DNA of 63,209 nucleotides, counting the filler, from an uncultured Methanosarcinales archaeon (lineage in GTDB: Archaea > Nanobdellota > Nanobdellia > Woesearchaeales > DSVV01), in the NCBI GenBank assembly GCA_964593285.1. It is 6 parts of 6 records of this genome, joined end to end, with 100 filler letters (N's around TTAATTAATTAA, not from the genome) between each part and the next. Parts side by side here need not be neighbours in the genome. Positions count along the whole stretch, not along the records: positions 59,722 to 63,209 come from CAZQHZ010000036.1; 5 more parts are not named here. One strand, 5' to 3'. This document shows, piece after piece, positions 59,622 through 63,209 of this stretch. Positions within the stretch are counted from its first letter, which is position 1; each line of letters opens with the position of its first letter. Under the pieces are notes generated by a model. The model did no database searches, was not told where the DNA came from, and saw only the letters and a list, made by a program, of their open reading frames with translations. The translations under genes were made by a program, and so were the position numbers.

Positions 59622-59721
59622 NNNNNNNNNNNNNNNNNNNNNNNNNNNNNNNNNNNNNNNNNNNNTTAATTAATTAANNNNNNNNNNNNNNNNNNNNNNN
59701 NNNNNNNNNNNNNNNNNNNNN
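59622..59721. other. Artificial contig linker
   Basis: N-TTAATTAATTAA-N. Confidence 0.98.
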
Positions 59722-60026
59722 TAGAAATTATAAAGTACAACTAGTATTTAATACCTACTATTTTTGTCCGTAACTAATTTTTTATATGTAAATAGATTAT
59801 ATGTACATACTATTTTTAAAATTTTATATTATTAAAAGTACTATTTTCTTCAAATGCGCAAATATTCATAAAATCCTTAAAAATATAAAATTCCCAATGA
59901 TAAAATATGAATAAATTTAATTTTAGGATTTTATTTGTGTATGTGTAATAAATCAAAACTTTTAAAAAAGATTATGGTTTTCTTGTTGTAAATTTAAATA
60001 AACTAAACAAATAAAGGTGGTAAATT

Positions 60027-61595
60027 TTGGTTACTAAAAATAAAAAATATGGAAAACATGATAAACATTATAAAAAAATAGATGTTTCTAAAAAAGGAAA
60101 TGATTCTAAAAAATCAAAAATTGAAGAAAAATCAGTTTCTAAAAAACATGATAATGAAAGTAAAAAAATAAAACATAAACATATAGAAAAAAAACCTCAA
60201 AGTTCTAATTTTACTAAATTAATAGTATTTGGAATAATAGGATTATTATTAATAGGTGGTTTATTATTAATATCAAATTTTTTAAAAAATGTTGATTATG
60301 ATAATGACGATCAAAGTAATCAAAATGAAGATTCACAGCTTATATTATCTGTTAATGGAGATAATGTATATATGGATGAAATTGAAAATAAATTAAAAGG
60401 TTATCAAGCACAATATGGTCAATCAATTACAGAAGAATTTGTAATTAATCAAACAATAAATGAAAGATTATTATTACAAGAAGCAAAAAAACAAGACATA
60501 AAAATTGATAATGATGAAATTGATGCTGCAATTAATGACTGGGTTACTAATATTAGGGCTTCTATGAGTGATGAAGATATTAATTCACTTTTAGCTCAAG
60601 AAGGATATACTTTTGAAAGTTATGTTGAGGAACTTCGAAGTCAATATAGAAATAATTATTTAATGTATGCTCTGCTAAATAAAACTGTTTTTTCAGAAAT
60701 TGATTTAGAAATTCCAGAAATAACTATTACTGACGATGAAGTACTAGAAGAATTTGATGAAAATGAAGAAGTTTATATTCAAAGAAATATTAGCCATATT
60801 TTAATTTGTCATGAAGAAAGTTTAAATTGTGAAAATAATTTAACAAAACAAGAAGCAAAAGATAAAATTGATGAAATTTATCAAAAACTATTAAATGGTG
60901 CAAGTTTTAGTGAATTAGCAGAAGAATTTTCAGATTGTCCTTCAAGTCAAAAAGGTGGAAATTTAGGTTATATAGCAAAAGATGGACAAATGGTTAAAGA
61001 ATTTGAAGATGCTGCTTTTGCATTAAACAATATTAATCAATTTTCAAATCCTGTTGAAACTGACTTTGGTTACCATGTAATTAAGTTATTAGACAAAAAA
61101 GAAACATTTGAAGAATTAAAAGAAGAAATTAAAAACACATTAAAAACTAATCGTGAAATGGAATATGAACAACAAATAGGTACAATTCAAAATGAAGCAA
61201 TAAATAGTTATATTAATGAATTAAAAAAAGATGCAGAAATTATTATCTATGAAGAAAAATTAGATAATGATAATGATAATGATGCTGGTAACATGGATGG
61301 TAGTGGAAATTTAGAATTATCAAACTTAAAAGAATTTAATGAATGTTTAGCTGATAGTGGAATGGTTATCTATGGTTCAAGTACATGTCCATATTGTGGA
61401 CAGTTAGTTGAACTTTTAGGTGGCTCTGATGCAGTAAAACCAGTTTATGTTGAATGCACGGAAAATCAAGAAAGATGTATTAGTGAAATGATTGGAAAAG
61501 GTGTTCCTGAAATTCAATTAAATGGTGAACTTTATGAAGGACAACGAACAATTGAAAATTTAGCTGAAGCTACAAATTGTTCAATTCCTATTTAA
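60027..61595 (+). CDS. Membrane-anchored PrsA/SurA-like parvulin PPIase fused to a thioredoxin-like domain
   Basis: TTG start with AGGTGG SD; TM; SHILI, FSELAEEFSDCPS..KGGNLG, VETDFGYHVIK; C-terminal YGSSTCPYC...GVP. Confidence 0.88.
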   Translation: MVTKNKKYGKHDKHYKKIDVSKKGNDSKKSKIEEKSVSKKHDNESKKIKHKHIEKKPQSSNFTKLIVFGIIGLLLIGGLLLISNFLKNVDYDNDDQSNQNEDSQLILSVNGDNVYMDEIENKLKGYQAQYGQSITEEFVINQTINERLLLQEAKKQDIKIDNDEIDAAINDWVTNIRASMSDEDINSLLAQEGYTFESYVEELRSQYRNNYLMYALLNKTVFSEIDLEIPEITITDDEVLEEFDENEEVYIQRNISHILICHEESLNCENNLTKQEAKDKIDEIYQKLLNGASFSELAEEFSDCPSSQKGGNLGYIAKDGQMVKEFEDAAFALNNINQFSNPVETDFGYHVIKLLDKKETFEELKEEIKNTLKTNREMEYEQQIGTIQNEAINSYINELKKDAEIIIYEEKLDNDNDNDAGNMDGSGNLELSNLKEFNECLADSGMVIYGSSTCPYCGQLVELLGGSDAVKPVYVECTENQERCISEMIGKGVPEIQLNGELYEGQRTIENLAEATNCSIPI

Positions 61596-61616
61596 TTTTT
61601 TTTAATAGGTAAAAAA

Positions 61617-61847
61617 ATGGGATCAAAATTTTATTTTAATAATGGTTTTACTGCACAAGATATAGATTCATTGGTTAGTTGTCTTGAAAGCATTGATGAT
61701 AATACCTTTAAATACCATTGTAATATTGATAAAAATGATTTTTACAATTGGATTGATTCTGGATTACTAAACAAGAAGGTAGCTAACTCAATAAAACGAA
61801 TAAAAACTAAGAAAGGTTTGATAAAAAAATTAAAATTAATAAAATAA
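61617..61847 (+). CDS. Small DUF5752-like domain protein
   Basis: FYFNNG...L...L..I....F.YH....KNDFYNWI. Confidence 0.65.
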   Translation: MGSKFYFNNGFTAQDIDSLVSCLESIDDNTFKYHCNIDKNDFYNWIDSGLLNKKVANSIKRIKTKKGLIKKLKLIK

Positions 61848-62019
61848 TTTATTATTTTTTTTTATATTTTTAAAACTTTTTCGCTAAATTCTATTAATGT
61901 TATACTTTTATTATATCTTTATTAAATATTTAAAGAGTTGTTTACAGTATTTTATGTTTTCTACTAACTTTTGTTAAATTCAATCGAGAAAGAGGGCTAA
62001 AAAATAGAAAAGGATGCAA

Positions 62020-62793
62020 TTAAACAATAAAATTCTTATGTAATTGAAGCAAATCTTTTTTTTTGATATTTTGATCTAAAATAGTTTGGTTAATATCAAT
62101 TCTATATTTATAAAAAATAGTTTGAAGTTCTCCAATAAAATGTGCCATTAATGCTATTTTTTTAAATAATGTATCTACCTTAATCCACTTTTTTTTATAA
62201 TAAATTTTTTCATTTTTATATGAATAATTCTCATGTGCAATACTATTTCGTAAATCTCTATCAATAAATTTCATTATGTATTCATAAAAAAAACTATCAT
62301 GATGTTTAAATAATAATTCAACATGCTCTGCAGTTTTAATTTGGCGAATTTGCTTTTGAAAAGAATTTGTTATTGCATACTGTTTCCCTGATTTAATTTT
62401 TTTAGAAACAGGTTTCAAAAAATTGATAATACAATCAAAATTACTTGCATAAAAATGAAGAATTGTAAAAATAAAAAATCCTCTTTTAATTGTATTATTA
62501 TTTACTAATTTTTTTAATTCAATCAAATCAATAGCATATTCTTTAAAATCATTGGTTCTAAATTGTAATTTCTTCATGTCTCTAAGAAATTCCTTTACTG
62601 AATAATCGATATTAGGATCATTAATAATATCTTTATAAAAAGTTGCAAGATTATTCCTTGGTGTATGAATAATTAAATTATGTCCTTTCCTAATTGCTAT
62701 TGCTTCTTTTTTAGCATTTTTAGATTGATTATATAATTGCTTAAAAATGATTAAATCTTTTTCAATATTTTGATGGAATTTACTATTTGTCAT
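62020..62793 (-). CDS. Orphan helical protein with HEPN-like RxxxxH motif
   Basis: DRDLRNSIAHENY in a helical C-terminal half. Confidence 0.6.
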   Translation of the reverse strand: MTNSKFHQNIEKDLIIFKQLYNQSKNAKKEAIAIRKGHNLIIHTPRNNLATFYKDIINDPNIDYSVKEFLRDMKKLQFRTNDFKEYAIDLIELKKLVNNNTIKRGFFIFTILHFYASNFDCIINFLKPVSKKIKSGKQYAITNSFQKQIRQIKTAEHVELLFKHHDSFFYEYIMKFIDRDLRNSIAHENYSYKNEKIYYKKKWIKVDTLFKKIALMAHFIGELQTIFYKYRIDINQTILDQNIKKKDLLQLHKNFIV

Positions 62794-62864
62794 AATAATA
62801 AAGTTATTAACGTTGGTTTATATTTTTTTTTAATAATTGCATCCCTTTGGTTATTGTTCTTGAT

Positions 62865-62965
62865 GTATCGCATTTGCTCAGTGGATAGAACGTCCTCTTC
62901 TTCGACTCTGCGGACGCAGGTTTTTGCAACTTTGTAACCGAAAACGGGTTAACAGCGTGCGATAT
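62865..62965. other. GC-rich multi-hairpin noncoding element (ncRNA, attC-like site or tRNA remnant)
   Basis: Closing stem GTATCGCA/TGCGATAT; internal hairpins CTGCG-GA-CGCAG and AACCG-AAAA-CGGGTT; far more GC-rich than its flanks. Confidence 0.5.
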
Positions 62966-63209
62966 TATTGTTGTGATATTATTTATAATTTATTTTACAT
63001 ATCATAATTTTTTTTAAAAATGTATTTCATATTAATTCCTCCATGTATATTTAGAATTTTTGTAACTGTGATATAATAATTTTTTAGAACAATTTTTCTA
63101 CAAATGAAAAATTATATATATTAAATATGTTTACCTAATTATACAATGGATATATTTAATATTTTGTGGTACATATTTATTTTGATATTAAGTGCAATTC
63201 CAATGAATA

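Noticed and set aside
59465..59677. 70-aa ORF containing X residues
   Set aside because: Antisense shadow of a real gene, running into the linker.
62865..62965. Hammerhead ribozyme or known riboswitch
   Set aside because: No CUGAUGA/GAAA core in the required arrangement, and no riboswitch consensus recognised on either strand.
62995..63043. GGAGG-led 11-codon ORF (MKYIFKKNYDM) on minus, upstream of the structured element
   Set aside because: Too short to support. It could be a leader peptide or gene remnant, but nothing distinguishes it from noise.

Overview
Very AT-rich archaeal DNA using the standard genetic code. It is most consistent with a reduced DPANN lineage such as Woesearchaeota, an inference from aIF2-gamma, eS6, PCNA, RPA, NreA, intron-bearing tRNAs and sparse metabolism. 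The window is six contigs joined by five artificial 100-bp N-TTAATTAATTAA-N linkers, so gene order across linkers means nothing. It holds about 55 CDS, three tRNAs (His; Tyr and Leu with 37/38 introns), an ArsR-led organoarsenical-resistance-type operon, a Galf surface-glycosylation cluster, a radical SAM pair, sugar hydrolases and large surface proteins. Two deletion-scar pseudogenes (an amidohydrolase and a larE/larC junction) are missed or only partly shown by the ORF track. The best candidates for undescribed biology are: (1) an orphan RxxxxH (HEPN-like) gene bracketed by inverted repeats, with a GC-rich multi-hairpin element upstream (62.0-63.0 kb); (2) an operon of three paralogous coiled-coil proteins, the first with an amphipathic N-terminus; (3) a Dbr1-like phosphoesterase beside nucleotide-sanitising enzymes; (4) a duplicated, degenerate histidine-kinase-like protein. 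All family calls come from motif recognition by eye, not from database searches.
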